Assembly (NCBI GenBank): GCA_964291315.2
Contig: OZ219753.1
Location: 2,592,001 to 2,656,000, forward strand
Direction: 5' to 3'
From: Candidatus Poribacteria bacterium
Lineage (GTDB): Bacteria > Poribacteria > WGA-4E > WGA-3G
Length of the DNA stretch: 64,000 bases
Shown here one piece after another: positions 20,526 through 30,934 of this stretch; positions within the stretch are counted from its first letter, which is position 1, and every line of letters begins with the position of its first letter. Both the position numbers and the translations under genes were made by a program. The notes beneath the pieces are model-generated. The model had not been told where the DNA came from. It did no database searches and saw only the letters and a list, made by a program, of their open reading frames with translations.

Positions 20526-21260
20526 ATGACCGGTGAAGAAAAATTCAAAGTAGACCTTGAGGGATATCTTGTTATCAAAAACGTTTTGAACAAGGATGAA
20601 GTCGATGAAATGAACGAGATTATTGATAGCGGAGACCGCAAAGGCCCACCGAGCCTTTGGGGTGAACCCTTTAAGAAATTGATTGATCATCCGAAAATCC
20701 TGCCCTATCTTATCGAACTGCTAGGCCCGAACGTTCGGCTAGACCACGATTACGCCATCTTCATGGAAAAAGGGCAAGGCGGCGGGGGACTTCACGGCGG
20801 GGAGGACGGCGGACGCGCCGGCGGACATGTAGGAGACCACTGGTACAAATATCGAGACGGACACATCCGAAACGGGCTCTCTGTCATCACCTATAACTTA
20901 GCAGATGCACCCGATAGCGCAGGCGGGTTCGCTTGTATTCCAGCAAGCCACAAATCTAACTTCCCTACCCAGATACCGAAAGATGTCCGACATTTTGAGC
21001 GGACTACACACTATGTCGTGCAACCGCCTCTCAAGGCCGGAGATGTACTGTTTTTCACTGAGGCGCTCATCCACGGGACGATGCCGTGGACAGCCGATCA
21101 TGAACGCCGTTCACTCCTCTACAAATATAGTCCCGGGCACTCGGCATGGTCGGGAAACTACTATGACATCAGTAAATACCACGGGTTAACAGAACAACAG
21201 AAACGGATGTTGATGCCACCATCAATTGGCAAGCGTCCTCTTGTTATCGAGCCTAATTAA
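20526..21260 (+). CDS. PhyH family dioxygenase
   Basis: DLEGYLV, LHGG, PASHKS, GDVLFFTEALIHG, RRS; AAGGAG RBS. Confidence 0.9.
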   Translation: MTGEEKFKVDLEGYLVIKNVLNKDEVDEMNEIIDSGDRKGPPSLWGEPFKKLIDHPKILPYLIELLGPNVRLDHDYAIFMEKGQGGGGLHGGEDGGRAGGHVGDHWYKYRDGHIRNGLSVITYNLADAPDSAGGFACIPASHKSNFPTQIPKDVRHFERTTHYVVQPPLKAGDVLFFTEALIHGTMPWTADHERRSLLYKYSPGHSAWSGNYYDISKYHGLTEQQKRMLMPPSIGKRPLVIEPN

Positions 21261-21372
21261 GGTTGATAGCCGGCCGTCGATAGCTGATAACTAAACGATA
21301 GGAGAGAACACAAGCCTCTACCGGTTTCAGAAAAAAGATGAATAATAGGATAAACGGAGGACTATAAACGAA

Positions 21373-22551
21373 ATGTCGAAGGTTCGACTCACTGGAAAAC
21401 AGAGCGACTTCCTTAAAATCGTCGTTGCCGCAGCGGGACGCGGCGACCTTGAAACCACCCGCCAGCTACTGAACGCTAATCCCGCTTGGATACACACCAT
21501 CGGCTCACACGGCCGGACAATGCTGTGGGAAGCAGCATACCGCGGAAAATTGGAAATGGTGGAATTTCTCCTCCAGCGCGGGGCCGACATCAACCTGCCG
21601 GGATGCCATTTGAGCAAGCACGGAGTGGAGATAACGCCCTATTGTGTAGCACGCCACGAAGGCCGAGACCGCGTGGCAGACGCTCTGCTTCGACACGGCG
21701 CAACGATAGATATCCACACTGCTGCCTATCTCGGAGACTACGACGCTCTCCGTTCGCACCTCGATAACGATCCTTCTCTCGTCAATAGCACCTACCTTCA
21801 ATCTGTGATGCTACCTGCGGGGGAACCTCATACCCTTGAATACCGAAACGCCCCGTGGGCAACTCCGATCTGTTACGCGGTCGTCGGCGGTAACACAGCC
21901 ATCGTTGAACTGCTTATCTCACGCGGTGCAACTATCAAGGCACACAGCGAACTCTTATTGGATTATGCCGTCTCGGAGGACAACGTAGAGATCACCAAGC
22001 TGCTCCTCAAAAACGGTGCCGACCCAAGGGGAGCCCCTCGTATCTTAGACGACAATTCAGAAATGCGCGCCCTGCTCAAGGCACATGGGGTTCCCCCTAA
22101 AGACATAAACGCCCAAAACCATATGGGCTGGCCCCCACTGGTTTATGCATGCCGCGGCGACAAAGGCGAACATCCAGAAGAGGTACAACGACTTTTAGCA
22201 CTCGGTGCCGATATCAACGTACGGAATCACAAAGGGAAAGCTGCATTACACTGCGCAGCAAAGGCGGGGTTTCTGAAAGTCGTCATCCTGCTGATCAAAA
22301 AAGGAGCGACTATCGATGCCGCGGATGCCAACGGCGAAACACCGCTGTTCGATGCTATCCGATCCACAATAAAAAACAGTGGAAAACAACGGGACACTGT
22401 GGAAACGTTACTTATCAAAGGGGCAGATCCGACCTTTAAAAACCGGAAAGGCCTGACCCCGCTGCAAGTCGCCAAGCAGATGCACAGAACAGATGCAGAA
22501 AAAATTGCCGCACTCTTACAATCTTACACTGATGTTTCACTGTTTAGTTGA
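21373..22551 (+). CDS. ankyrin repeat protein
   Basis: Multiple G.T.L..A...G....V..LL..GADIN repeats. Confidence 0.93.
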   Translation: MSKVRLTGKQSDFLKIVVAAAGRGDLETTRQLLNANPAWIHTIGSHGRTMLWEAAYRGKLEMVEFLLQRGADINLPGCHLSKHGVEITPYCVARHEGRDRVADALLRHGATIDIHTAAYLGDYDALRSHLDNDPSLVNSTYLQSVMLPAGEPHTLEYRNAPWATPICYAVVGGNTAIVELLISRGATIKAHSELLLDYAVSEDNVEITKLLLKNGADPRGAPRILDDNSEMRALLKAHGVPPKDINAQNHMGWPPLVYACRGDKGEHPEEVQRLLALGADINVRNHKGKAALHCAAKAGFLKVVILLIKKGATIDAADANGETPLFDAIRSTIKNSGKQRDTVETLLIKGADPTFKNRKGLTPLQVAKQMHRTDAEKIAALLQSYTDVSLFS

Positions 22552-22660
22552 CATACTCCGGCAGCAAAAGCACAAAGGATTCCGTTGAAAGTGACCCCCG
22601 TGCTTTTGGGTGAGGATACGTTCTTTGTCTGCTTGTCACCTATGTTTCTCTTTACCGGCT

Positions 22661-23428
22661 TCAGTTCCGATCTGACATTTTAAGGGCGTAAACCTCTTCT
22701 AAAAATGTGTCGTAATCAATAGAACCGCTGCCTCCCATTTTTTCAACAATCGGACCAGCCACCGTGCGCCCCAGCGCTAAACGACGGAGTCTGGAGAGTT
22801 CTGCCCGCCGGACGAGGTACTCCCGTATGACTTGCATTTCAGTTTCAGTCACCAATTCAGGCTGTATCCAAGTGGCATAAATAAATTTTTGAGAGGAAAC
22901 GTTTACAGCCGGTATATCTGCTTGCAGACGTGCATCGCTAAACGGCAGGCTTGTGCGTCCAGTTTTAACGACAAGCGTCCCGGCAGCGAGATCGCCTAAT
23001 CGCTGCCAGTTCTTATTTATCAGCATAGCACATAGACCTACACCATAGAAAAACGGGAGAAAATCCGCAACTCGAACTAGATTACGAATCGCAGACTCAG
23101 TGAAACCGATGGAGTAACCCTCCTCTTTGATAACCCGTAATCCGAGGACGCGTTTGCCGAATGATTGACCGTTTGTAGTTGTCTCTAAGACGATATAGTA
23201 GCCCCAAAAAAGGGCAAAAATAGCAACTCCACCTATAGCGCCAAGCCACTTGCCGAGAACATCACCGAGCTCGGTGATAAACCGTCTGTTGACATAATAC
23301 CCAATCAGCGAAATTAGCACGAGTAATAGGGTGTCAATGATAGCGGCATAAAAACGCGACCCGATACCTGCTTTCTGGAAATTAATATCAATTTGTTCCG
23401 GTGTTTCTATAGATAATTGTTCATGCAT
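22661..23428 (-). CDS. RDD family membrane protein
   Basis: ETPE, R..A.IID, GQS.GK...GLRV, QRLGDLAAGT.VV. Confidence 0.92.
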   Translation of the reverse strand: MHEQLSIETPEQIDINFQKAGIGSRFYAAIIDTLLLVLISLIGYYVNRRFITELGDVLGKWLGAIGGVAIFALFWGYYIVLETTTNGQSFGKRVLGLRVIKEEGYSIGFTESAIRNLVRVADFLPFFYGVGLCAMLINKNWQRLGDLAAGTLVVKTGRTSLPFSDARLQADIPAVNVSSQKFIYATWIQPELVTETEMQVIREYLVRRAELSRLRRLALGRTVAGPIVEKMGGSGSIDYDTFLEEVYALKMSDRN

Positions 23429-23695
23429 GTGTCGGAATCTCTTTCTCTCTTAGGGTTTCTTGGTTTTTTCAGATAAATCGTGAGCGGAAGGCCGCTCCAA
23501 CAGCAGAGAGTCACGATTTGGAGGACCCTACATAAGAACTCAACGGCTTCGTAAAGATATTGATTTTTCGGACAAAACGGTGTTTAATTAGTATGCAGGT
23601 GGCGACCATCGGTTATCAGTCATTCGTTGTGAGAAAAAATATGGATCGAAATAAAAAATATTGTTTCCTTCTATGTGCGTGAATGCACATTCGCT

Positions 23696-24637
23696 ATGAT
23701 GACCCCCATAGAATTCATTACGAAAAAACAGAAGACCTGGACGGAACTTGAAGAATTGTTAGGCAATTCACGCAATGCAAGTTTAAGTCAACTCAATCGG
23801 CTTGGATATCTATACCGGCGCATCACATCTGATTTAGCAGTCGCCAGGCGCGATTTTCCACAGGACCGGTGTGTCTCATATCTTAACGTCTTGGCATCAC
23901 GCGCCCATTCTAGAATCTATCAGACCTCTCCTTTCACGCGCGGCACGCTCTGGCGGTTTCTTCATCTCGGTTTCCCGGCACTGTTCCGCGAGAATCTCAA
24001 TTTTATCGGCACAGCGTTCCTGATGTTCACTATCGCGTTCGGGGCAGCGTATTGGATCGCTTTGACCCTCCCCGTACTTGCAGAACAAATTGTCCCGGAA
24101 GACACTGTAACCCATATCAAGCAGTTAGACCAACAGGCGTGGAACAGTACATCAGCAGAAAACCGAAATCTATTTGCCTCTTTCGTAATGACGAACAACA
24201 TTCGGGTCGCGTTTTTTGCCTTCGCTGGCGGCATCTTGTTCATGGCCGGCACGGTCTATATTTTAGTCACCAACGGTATCCTTATCGGTGCAGTTGCTGG
24301 ATTATGCCACGCCAACGGGATCGCGTTAACCCTCTGGTCATTTGTGTCACCACACGGTTATATTGAATTGACTACTATTTTCATTGCCGGCGGTGCCGGA
24401 CTAAAATTGGGATATTCACTCATCGCCCCCTCGCTATTTACGCGGAAGCGCGCTTTGGCGAACGCTGCGAGAACCTCTATTCAGCTCCTCGGCGGATGCG
24501 TTGTCTTACTAGTTGTTGCCGGGACTATTGAAGGCTTTGTGTCGCCCTCTGGTCTATCAGACCTCTTCAAGATCGGTTTCGGAGCTGTGACAGGAATCTT
24601 ACTCTTCACCTATTTCTTTGCGATGAAAGCGCGGTAG
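23696..24637 (+). CDS. stage II sporulation protein M (SpoIIM/DUF95) family membrane protein
   Basis: LYR...SDLA.AR, NNIRV, NG, PHG.IEL, IEGFVSP. Confidence 0.9.
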   Translation: MMTPIEFITKKQKTWTELEELLGNSRNASLSQLNRLGYLYRRITSDLAVARRDFPQDRCVSYLNVLASRAHSRIYQTSPFTRGTLWRFLHLGFPALFRENLNFIGTAFLMFTIAFGAAYWIALTLPVLAEQIVPEDTVTHIKQLDQQAWNSTSAENRNLFASFVMTNNIRVAFFAFAGGILFMAGTVYILVTNGILIGAVAGLCHANGIALTLWSFVSPHGYIELTTIFIAGGAGLKLGYSLIAPSLFTRKRALANAARTSIQLLGGCVVLLVVAGTIEGFVSPSGLSDLFKIGFGAVTGILLFTYFFAMKAR

Positions 24638-24749
24638 AACCCGACAATAGTTGTAGACTTTGGAATTAATCGAACGCTCGGACCTGATGAGGGGGAACCT
24701 CGTGTTTTCGGTTAATTGAAACGTCACTCTTTTTATCATCACTGAACAT

Positions 24750-26090
24750 TCAAATTTTGGACATCGCCTTAAGTTCCAAATACTTATTCACCACCGCCAT
24801 TGTCAATTGGTGCGCCGGTACATCAATTGTAATAACCCCTTGACGACGCAAGATCTCTAATGTCGCCTGCTTTTCCTGCAGTAACCGCGCAGCGATCGTT
24901 TTCTGATAGACCGATCTGGAATCTGTGAACTTCTGATCAGTCAGCTCCACAATGCTGGAATCTGTCAACGTCACACAAACGACGAGGTGATGCTTAGAGA
25001 GCCGAAGAACGTAAGATGCTATCCCGGTCGCAGAATCACTGTCAAGGATGTCAGTAAAAAGGATGATAAGCGCACGTTTGCGCTGTTTCGATGCAAGATA
25101 TTTAAACGCGGTTTCGAAATCCGGTTCAACCGGATGAACAGGCAGGGCGTAGATCGTTTCGAGCATCGTGAGAAACTGCTTCTTGCCTGGCTTTGGTGGG
25201 AGGTACTGATGCACTGTATCCGCAAAAGCGATTAACCCGACCTTATCTCCTTTGAGCGTTGAGACGTAGGCAGCCATCAATGTCGTATTAATGGCATAAT
25301 CCAACTTAAGCATCGTCTTTTGTGATGATTCCCCTGGAACCTCAAAAAGGATCGGCGATGCCATGAGTCTCCCAGTATCCAACATAATAACGATATCTTG
25401 GCTTCGCTCAGTCTCGAATTCTTGGACGATCGGTTTGCGATGCCTTGCAGTGGCTTTCCAATCTACACGCCGGAAGTCATCGTCTGGAGAATACTCGCGC
25501 AACCGTTCCATTTCCGTGCCTTCTCCGAATTGTCGAGAATTTTTAAGACCCATTTGATGCAGCATGCCCCGTTTGACGAGGATCTCATATTGTCGGACTG
25601 CTTGTAGGTTCGGATAGACTTTCACCTCTATTCCAGCTGCAACCCGCCGCTGGCGGACAACAAGCCCTAAGATCCCCCAACACCGCAGATGGATGTCTGA
25701 AAACCGGTAGATCCCGCGTCTCAACGGCGTGAGGCGATAGGGAATATCAACGCGGTCTCTCGGGAGAACATGACAATCGTGAATAACCTTTTCGAACAGA
25801 AACTCGTCTGGAAAATCGTCCTTGAGATGGAGTCTGAGTCGATGGCGTGAGCGGTTCACAACCTGCAGGGTCACAAGGTTCTCCGCCCCTAACGAAAACT
25901 TGGAATTCATCACGCGATGCCCTTCAACCCTTGTAAATACTGGATTCGTAATGTAATCTATGATCCCGACGGCGAAAAGCAGCACGGCATAAGCCGCGGC
26001 GAGAAATAAAAGATTCTGTGAAAAGCTGCTCAGCGCAACCGGAACGGCTATAGGTAGTAGAAAAATGAGGAAACGTTTGCTGATATGCAT
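24750..26090 (-). CDS. DUF58 / vWA-like MoxR partner
   Basis: LREY.PDDDFRRVDWKATAR, LDTGRLM, GDKVGL. Confidence 0.92.
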   Translation of the reverse strand: MHISKRFLIFLLPIAVPVALSSFSQNLLFLAAAYAVLLFAVGIIDYITNPVFTRVEGHRVMNSKFSLGAENLVTLQVVNRSRHRLRLHLKDDFPDEFLFEKVIHDCHVLPRDRVDIPYRLTPLRRGIYRFSDIHLRCWGILGLVVRQRRVAAGIEVKVYPNLQAVRQYEILVKRGMLHQMGLKNSRQFGEGTEMERLREYSPDDDFRRVDWKATARHRKPIVQEFETERSQDIVIMLDTGRLMASPILFEVPGESSQKTMLKLDYAINTTLMAAYVSTLKGDKVGLIAFADTVHQYLPPKPGKKQFLTMLETIYALPVHPVEPDFETAFKYLASKQRKRALIILFTDILDSDSATGIASYVLRLSKHHLVVCVTLTDSSIVELTDQKFTDSRSVYQKTIAARLLQEKQATLEILRRQGVITIDVPAHQLTMAVVNKYLELKAMSKI

Positions 26091-26098
26091 TTATCTAT

Positions 26099-27052
26099 CT
26101 AACGTGGAATTTCCACCTCGGCGAGCAGCCGATCAATTATATCATCTGGAGTCAATCCCTCAATTTCAGCGTCCGGCTTCAGGATAATACGATGCCGATA
26201 GACATGGGGTGCTAAGAACTTAACATCGTCAGGTAGAATATAGTCCCGTCCTTGAAGTGCGGCATACGTCTTACTTACCAATAAAAGCGCTATCGAGGCA
26301 CGTGGACTCGCTCCTAAAACAAGATCAGTGGAGTCCCGCGACACCTCCGCCAAACCGACGATATATCTAAAAATAGAATCTTCTACTGTGACAGCTTGGA
26401 TTGCTTCTTGACACGCTTGGAGAGTTGGGCCGTCAACCACACTCTCAATCCCGATTTCTTCCAAGCGTGTTGCATTAAAACCGTGATGATAGTTCATCAA
26501 AATTTGCATTTCGACTTCTGGGACCGGATAATCCACACGTAATTTGAACAGAAACCGATCCAGCTGTGCCTCTGGAAGCGGATAGGTGCCTTCATATTCA
26601 ATTGGATTTTGTGTTGCCATGACCATAAAAGGAGGCTGCAGTTCATGCCGGACACCATCGATACTTACCTGACGTTCCTCCATACATTCGAGGAGCGCGG
26701 ATTGCGTCTTCGCCGGGGCACGGTTGATCTCATCCGCGAGCAGCACGTTCGTGAAAACAGGACCGCGTTTGAGGTTAAAACGGTTGGTTGTCAGATCGTA
26801 GACACTGGTTCCAACAATATCTGACGGCATCAGGTCAGGCGTAAACTGCGCACGGCTGAATTGTCCAGAAACTATCATTGCTAAGGTCTTTGCAACGAGC
26901 GTTTTTGCGGTACCGGGGACCCCCTCTAAGAGGACATGTCCGCCCGAAAACAGACTGACAACAATAAGTTTAAAGAGTTCTGTTTGTCCAACGATAATTT
27001 TTTCTGCTTCCTGTTTCATTTTTTCAAAAACTGTTTGCACAAGGTTCGTCAT
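26099..27052 (-). CDS. moxR: MoxR family AAA+ ATPase
   Basis: [41 protein letters not shown]. Confidence 0.95.
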   Translation of the reverse strand: MTNLVQTVFEKMKQEAEKIIVGQTELFKLIVVSLFSGGHVLLEGVPGTAKTLVAKTLAMIVSGQFSRAQFTPDLMPSDIVGTSVYDLTTNRFNLKRGPVFTNVLLADEINRAPAKTQSALLECMEERQVSIDGVRHELQPPFMVMATQNPIEYEGTYPLPEAQLDRFLFKLRVDYPVPEVEMQILMNYHHGFNATRLEEIGIESVVDGPTLQACQEAIQAVTVEDSIFRYIVGLAEVSRDSTDLVLGASPRASIALLLVSKTYAALQGRDYILPDDVKFLAPHVYRHRIILKPDAEIEGLTPDDIIDRLLAEVEIPR

Positions 27053-27083
27053 AATATAAGTGCACCTTTTCACGACAATGAAA

Positions 27084-28220
27084 TTAGAAATCCCGGTGTG
27101 TAGCCGCTTTTCGTCTGTGAGTATTCGCAGCCTCAGAGTAGGTCTCAACTCGTTTCGCGATGCCAAGCAGTTGTGCCTCCGATATACTGCTAGCAGGATC
27201 CAGATCCATCAGGAGTTTCGTCAATTGGTCATCCTTGTCAAGAGCGCCGCGACGCGCCAACTCCACCAAAAAATCCTGCGTATTTAACTTAGGATTGACG
27301 CGCCAGCGTCTACCGAGATCTGCCCTGAATTCGTCACGAATATGTTTTAAAACGCCCATGCGTGTGTTTCCCTTCTGATAGAGTGCGGTCATCGCATGGA
27401 CATACTCAGAACTCATACGTCTACTGCGATCCTGCACATCTAACGGCTTTCCGAACCTCCGTCCTCGAAGAAGGGAAAAAATAAAGATCATCAAAGAAAT
27501 ATAGACAAATCCCAAGCCGATCCTTGTATTGAATACGAGTGCCGTAAATGGGTCTAGAGGTTTTGAGTCAACTGTGTAGTACCCCGTTTCAGCAAGCCCG
27601 ACCCGCGCATTAGCCGGGAACGTAGACATCAGATTATAAAGAAGCGTTCTGTTACCCTCATACTGTAGTCCATTTTTGCTGAACAGATACGTTGAGGCGA
27701 TGAAAAACGCACGGCCCTGTCCCTCCCGCAGTGTGACAACCACAGCATCGTTTTCTGTACCGTAAAGCTTCGCTACCTTGCGCTCCAAAGGTTCAATAGC
27801 AAAATCTGTAGAGGTGTGAATCTTATTGACTGGGTGTCTCGAAAAGAAGGGTTTGGCTGGAAGCCTTCGTGAGAATTCCAATAGACGCGGCAGTCTACGC
27901 AGCTCTAAGCCGTACGCTGAGAAGAGCGCGTCCGCTACCCGACTAGCGCCAACCACAATTAAGGTGCCACCGGTATTGACAAAGTCTCGGATCTCTCTGA
28001 TTTCTGTTTCAGTGGGTGACTTACTAAGCCCCGACACGAACAACACATCGTACCTATCTAGGCGTGCCGGAAATACCGGCGATATTTCTGTGACGCGGAA
28101 GTTCAGTTTGAGTAAAACACGATAAAGCAGGCTTCTATCTGCATGCAAATCGCACGAAAGCAAGCAAGATATCATCGCAATTAAAATTATACTGAAAACA
28201 GCGATTCGGAGAATTCGCAT
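27084..28220 (-). CDS. DUF4350 domain protein
   Basis: FV..GGTL, C-terminal TM followed by RRFGKP, EYVHAM..LY; position next to moxR. Confidence 0.75.
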   Translation of the reverse strand: MRILRIAVFSIILIAMISCLLSCDLHADRSLLYRVLLKLNFRVTEISPVFPARLDRYDVLFVSGLSKSPTETEIREIRDFVNTGGTLIVVGASRVADALFSAYGLELRRLPRLLEFSRRLPAKPFFSRHPVNKIHTSTDFAIEPLERKVAKLYGTENDAVVVTLREGQGRAFFIASTYLFSKNGLQYEGNRTLLYNLMSTFPANARVGLAETGYYTVDSKPLDPFTALVFNTRIGLGFVYISLMIFIFSLLRGRRFGKPLDVQDRSRRMSSEYVHAMTALYQKGNTRMGVLKHIRDEFRADLGRRWRVNPKLNTQDFLVELARRGALDKDDQLTKLLMDLDPASSISEAQLLGIAKRVETYSEAANTHRRKAATHRDF

Positions 28221-28232
28221 CTTTTATTTACG

Positions 28233-28874
28233 TTATCTTTGCGTCATCGCATAGACTTTTTGTAATAACTTGCGGTAACTCGCGACGGTTTCCGCATCAC
28301 AAGGTTTGTGTCCGTACCATACCTCATCAAAAACGGCGATTGCGGGGCCAAGCATCGCTTGTAAGTCTGTATCCACTTGCACTCGGCGAAGATACTCACG
28401 GTTCGTCAAACTTTTATCATAAGGGAGCTTACCCCGCTCCTGCAGGTGCAGAATGACAGAGAGATATAGGAATCGGAGTGCACAGCGAAAATCCGCCGAT
28501 GCCTCCGCTGTCTTGGCGTGGGCAAGTGCTGCTTTTTCTGTCTCTACACGTTCTTGTGGAGTCTCTGATATATCCTCGGACGTTTCAGCAATAAAATTCG
28601 CACGGATCTGACGGACAAAAAAGGCAATCACAAATCCGAGGGCAACGGCTGCAAGTGGAAACAAAAGATACCTCAGATCAGCGTCCCATGTCCGCCTCGG
28701 CTCAAGGAATGTCGATAAGGCCTCTCGGTATTTTTCGTAAGAGACCTCCATCTCTGTGTCTTGTGCATCTAATTCTTCACGGAACGTTTGTTCTTCGCCT
28801 GCAATTGCCAAAAGCTGAGAAAGCACAGCAAAACAGAGAACAGTCCCAACACAAACCCTTTTTTTGATAGTCAT
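28233..28874 (-). CDS. DUF4129 domain protein
   Basis: ALR.LY, TNREY, FDEVWYG; ATGA overlap with upstream gene. Confidence 0.8.
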   Translation of the reverse strand: MTIKKRVCVGTVLCFAVLSQLLAIAGEEQTFREELDAQDTEMEVSYEKYREALSTFLEPRRTWDADLRYLLFPLAAVALGFVIAFFVRQIRANFIAETSEDISETPQERVETEKAALAHAKTAEASADFRCALRFLYLSVILHLQERGKLPYDKSLTNREYLRRVQVDTDLQAMLGPAIAVFDEVWYGHKPCDAETVASYRKLLQKVYAMTQR

Positions 28875-29968
28875 ACCGTCTCTCTTGCAGCATCCACCCG
28901 CCTGAAGTAAAGGTGTGTGGTTAAAATTGCCCATATCGGCGCTAAAAAGGTGGCAATAAGCCCTTTAACGATAAGAATGGCAACTGTAGGAGCTACACCC
29001 AATACCTGAGGCAATGCTACCTCAAGATCAACACCGATGAAAAGTGACAAGAATTTTAGTGAGGAGAGCGCTGTACGAATAGGTGCAAGCTCAGGAACAA
29101 ACATGGAAAACACCAACAAAGCCACGCCGAGCAAAACAGCGATAAGAACCGAGGTTATCCAGCTTGTCAGGAGATAGATTCCGAGAAATCGGAATTTTAT
29201 ACCGTTAACCAACGTGTAGCTCCGGCGAAAAATGCCGATAACGGAGTTATCTTCAAGAATGAGACACGGGTTGTAAAGGCTTAACATCACCATAACATAG
29301 ATAATGTAGATATGGTGAACAAACATCATAACAAGGTATAATTCAAACCGGTAACTCCAAACACGCGGGACTGCAAGCTCGAAAATTAATATGAGAAAAC
29401 TGCTGACAGACATAGCTAGCATGAAAAGCAGTGCCGCGATGAAAACTGTAAGCGCCTTGCGTCCAGTGTGCCCCCACATTTCACGAGCCGTTGGCGGCGG
29501 CAATTCTGCATTATCTGAAGTCTGCGAAGCACTTGATATACGGGCAACGGCAAGTGAGAGCGGACAGAATGCGAAGAAAAAAAGGAAGAGGAAGGCTACA
29601 TTATCCAGGATTTTAAACTTAAATCCCCATTCCCATGTACCCCCCTCGCTATCAGTTGCGCTGAAATACGGAAAAGGCATGAACCCCCAATCTACACCAG
29701 ATGGAGAATATGTACCCGATATTGTTGATATTATCCCACTGCGCGTATTGATACTGCTGGTAGCTGTGTGAAGATTGGGCTGGCTGGGTATATGGACGGT
29801 ATTGTGCACCTGCTTTTCAGTTTGCGTGGCGATGCGGAAAAATTGTGCAATATCCAATGAGATTGCAAGGATAGCGACCGGTAACATGATACGCCAGAAT
29901 AACTGCCAGTGAGCGCAATATAATTTGATAATTGTTCTCGGAAGTTTGGTGCATCGGTTATCAGTCAT
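28871..29968 (-). CDS. multi-pass membrane protein, paralog 3 (GDPD-membrane-domain-like)
   Basis: LED.S....FRRS..LV.G, T.LYF.R motifs shared with neighbours. Confidence 0.7.
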   Translation of the reverse strand: MTDNRCTKLPRTIIKLYCAHWQLFWRIMLPVAILAISLDIAQFFRIATQTEKQVHNTVHIPSQPNLHTATSSINTRSGIISTISGTYSPSGVDWGFMPFPYFSATDSEGGTWEWGFKFKILDNVAFLFLFFFAFCPLSLAVARISSASQTSDNAELPPPTAREMWGHTGRKALTVFIAALLFMLAMSVSSFLILIFELAVPRVWSYRFELYLVMMFVHHIYIIYVMVMLSLYNPCLILEDNSVIGIFRRSYTLVNGIKFRFLGIYLLTSWITSVLIAVLLGVALLVFSMFVPELAPIRTALSSLKFLSLFIGVDLEVALPQVLGVAPTVAILIVKGLIATFLAPIWAILTTHLYFRRVDAARETV

Positions 29969-30014
29969 TGTGAGCCTCCATGATATTTTGCTTAAAGAAT
30001 AGAGGAGTGAGTTT

Positions 30015-30887
30015 TTAATCCGGTGCCCGCATTTCAATATCAAACGCTTCTTTCCGAATGCGGAGATCGAAGTAGAGGAGCATAAAACCGATGATCCCGA
30101 TCGGCATCGTGAAGGTTCCAATGCCCAACATGACAAAACGCTGTATTGTGTAGGAAAACCATCCCATGTCGTCAAGACTGGGAGCAACGATACGACGAAG
30201 CGAATCCAACAGTGATGTAGCATCCCCGATTTCAATAATTCCTGCCAACGTAAGAACGAATTCGACGAAAATGTAAAGGATAACCGTTATCATGCCGGAG
30301 ATTAGATAAATGGCTACTGTAATTCCGGAAACTCGCCACCAGCTCCCTTCAACCAGTTCGCTGCTGCGTCCCAATGAATTCCAAGCGTTGGTCTCCTCAA
30401 GGAGTACTGGGAAACTATACAGGGACCACCGAATCGAGAAATAGATAGCAAAAGGAATTCCAAAAACTGTAATAAACAGGCCTAGGCACCCCAAAAGCCA
30501 TAAGATATTACTACCGAGATAGGGCCAAAAACGACGGGCTGCCTGCCGGAAGGCATCTCGCGGGGTAATTGCTTTCCGTAAGTAGATGTGCGTACTTGCA
30601 TATGTCAGTCCGGCATTTACCAAAAGAACAACGACAACTGTAGCCAGGGTAAAAACACCTAAGACTACAATACTTACACCTGCTTCCGCATTTAGAAGGT
30701 AAGCAAAGACTATATCCATACCGTATTCTAAAACGAGATAAACTGCTGCAATTGCCAACAATAAACGAAAGTGATCGCGATAGATAACGAATATCCCGTC
30801 GAGAATATCCGTAAAACCCATGGGTTGCAGGGACGGCGTATCGGTTCTAGTATCATTCGGATGTACTAATTCACTTTTTTCTTGCAT
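30015..30887 (-). CDS. multi-pass membrane protein, paralog 2 (GDPD-membrane-domain-like)
   Basis: LQPMGFTDILDG.F..YR; RSSELVEGSWWRV; LLYFDLRIRKEAFDIE. Confidence 0.8.
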   Translation of the reverse strand: MQEKSELVHPNDTRTDTPSLQPMGFTDILDGIFVIYRDHFRLLLAIAAVYLVLEYGMDIVFAYLLNAEAGVSIVVLGVFTLATVVVVLLVNAGLTYASTHIYLRKAITPRDAFRQAARRFWPYLGSNILWLLGCLGLFITVFGIPFAIYFSIRWSLYSFPVLLEETNAWNSLGRSSELVEGSWWRVSGITVAIYLISGMITVILYIFVEFVLTLAGIIEIGDATSLLDSLRRIVAPSLDDMGWFSYTIQRFVMLGIGTFTMPIGIIGFMLLYFDLRIRKEAFDIEMRAPD

Positions 30888-30934
30888 GACTACTCCACCT
30901 TTGGAAAAATGGATTGATGTATCTGCCTATTTTA

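Noticed and set aside
23696-24637. Sporulation function from the SpoIIM label
   Set aside because: This SpoIIM/DUF95 subfamily belongs to the MoxR-RDD cluster, and the organism appears diderm (LpxL, outer-membrane barrel).
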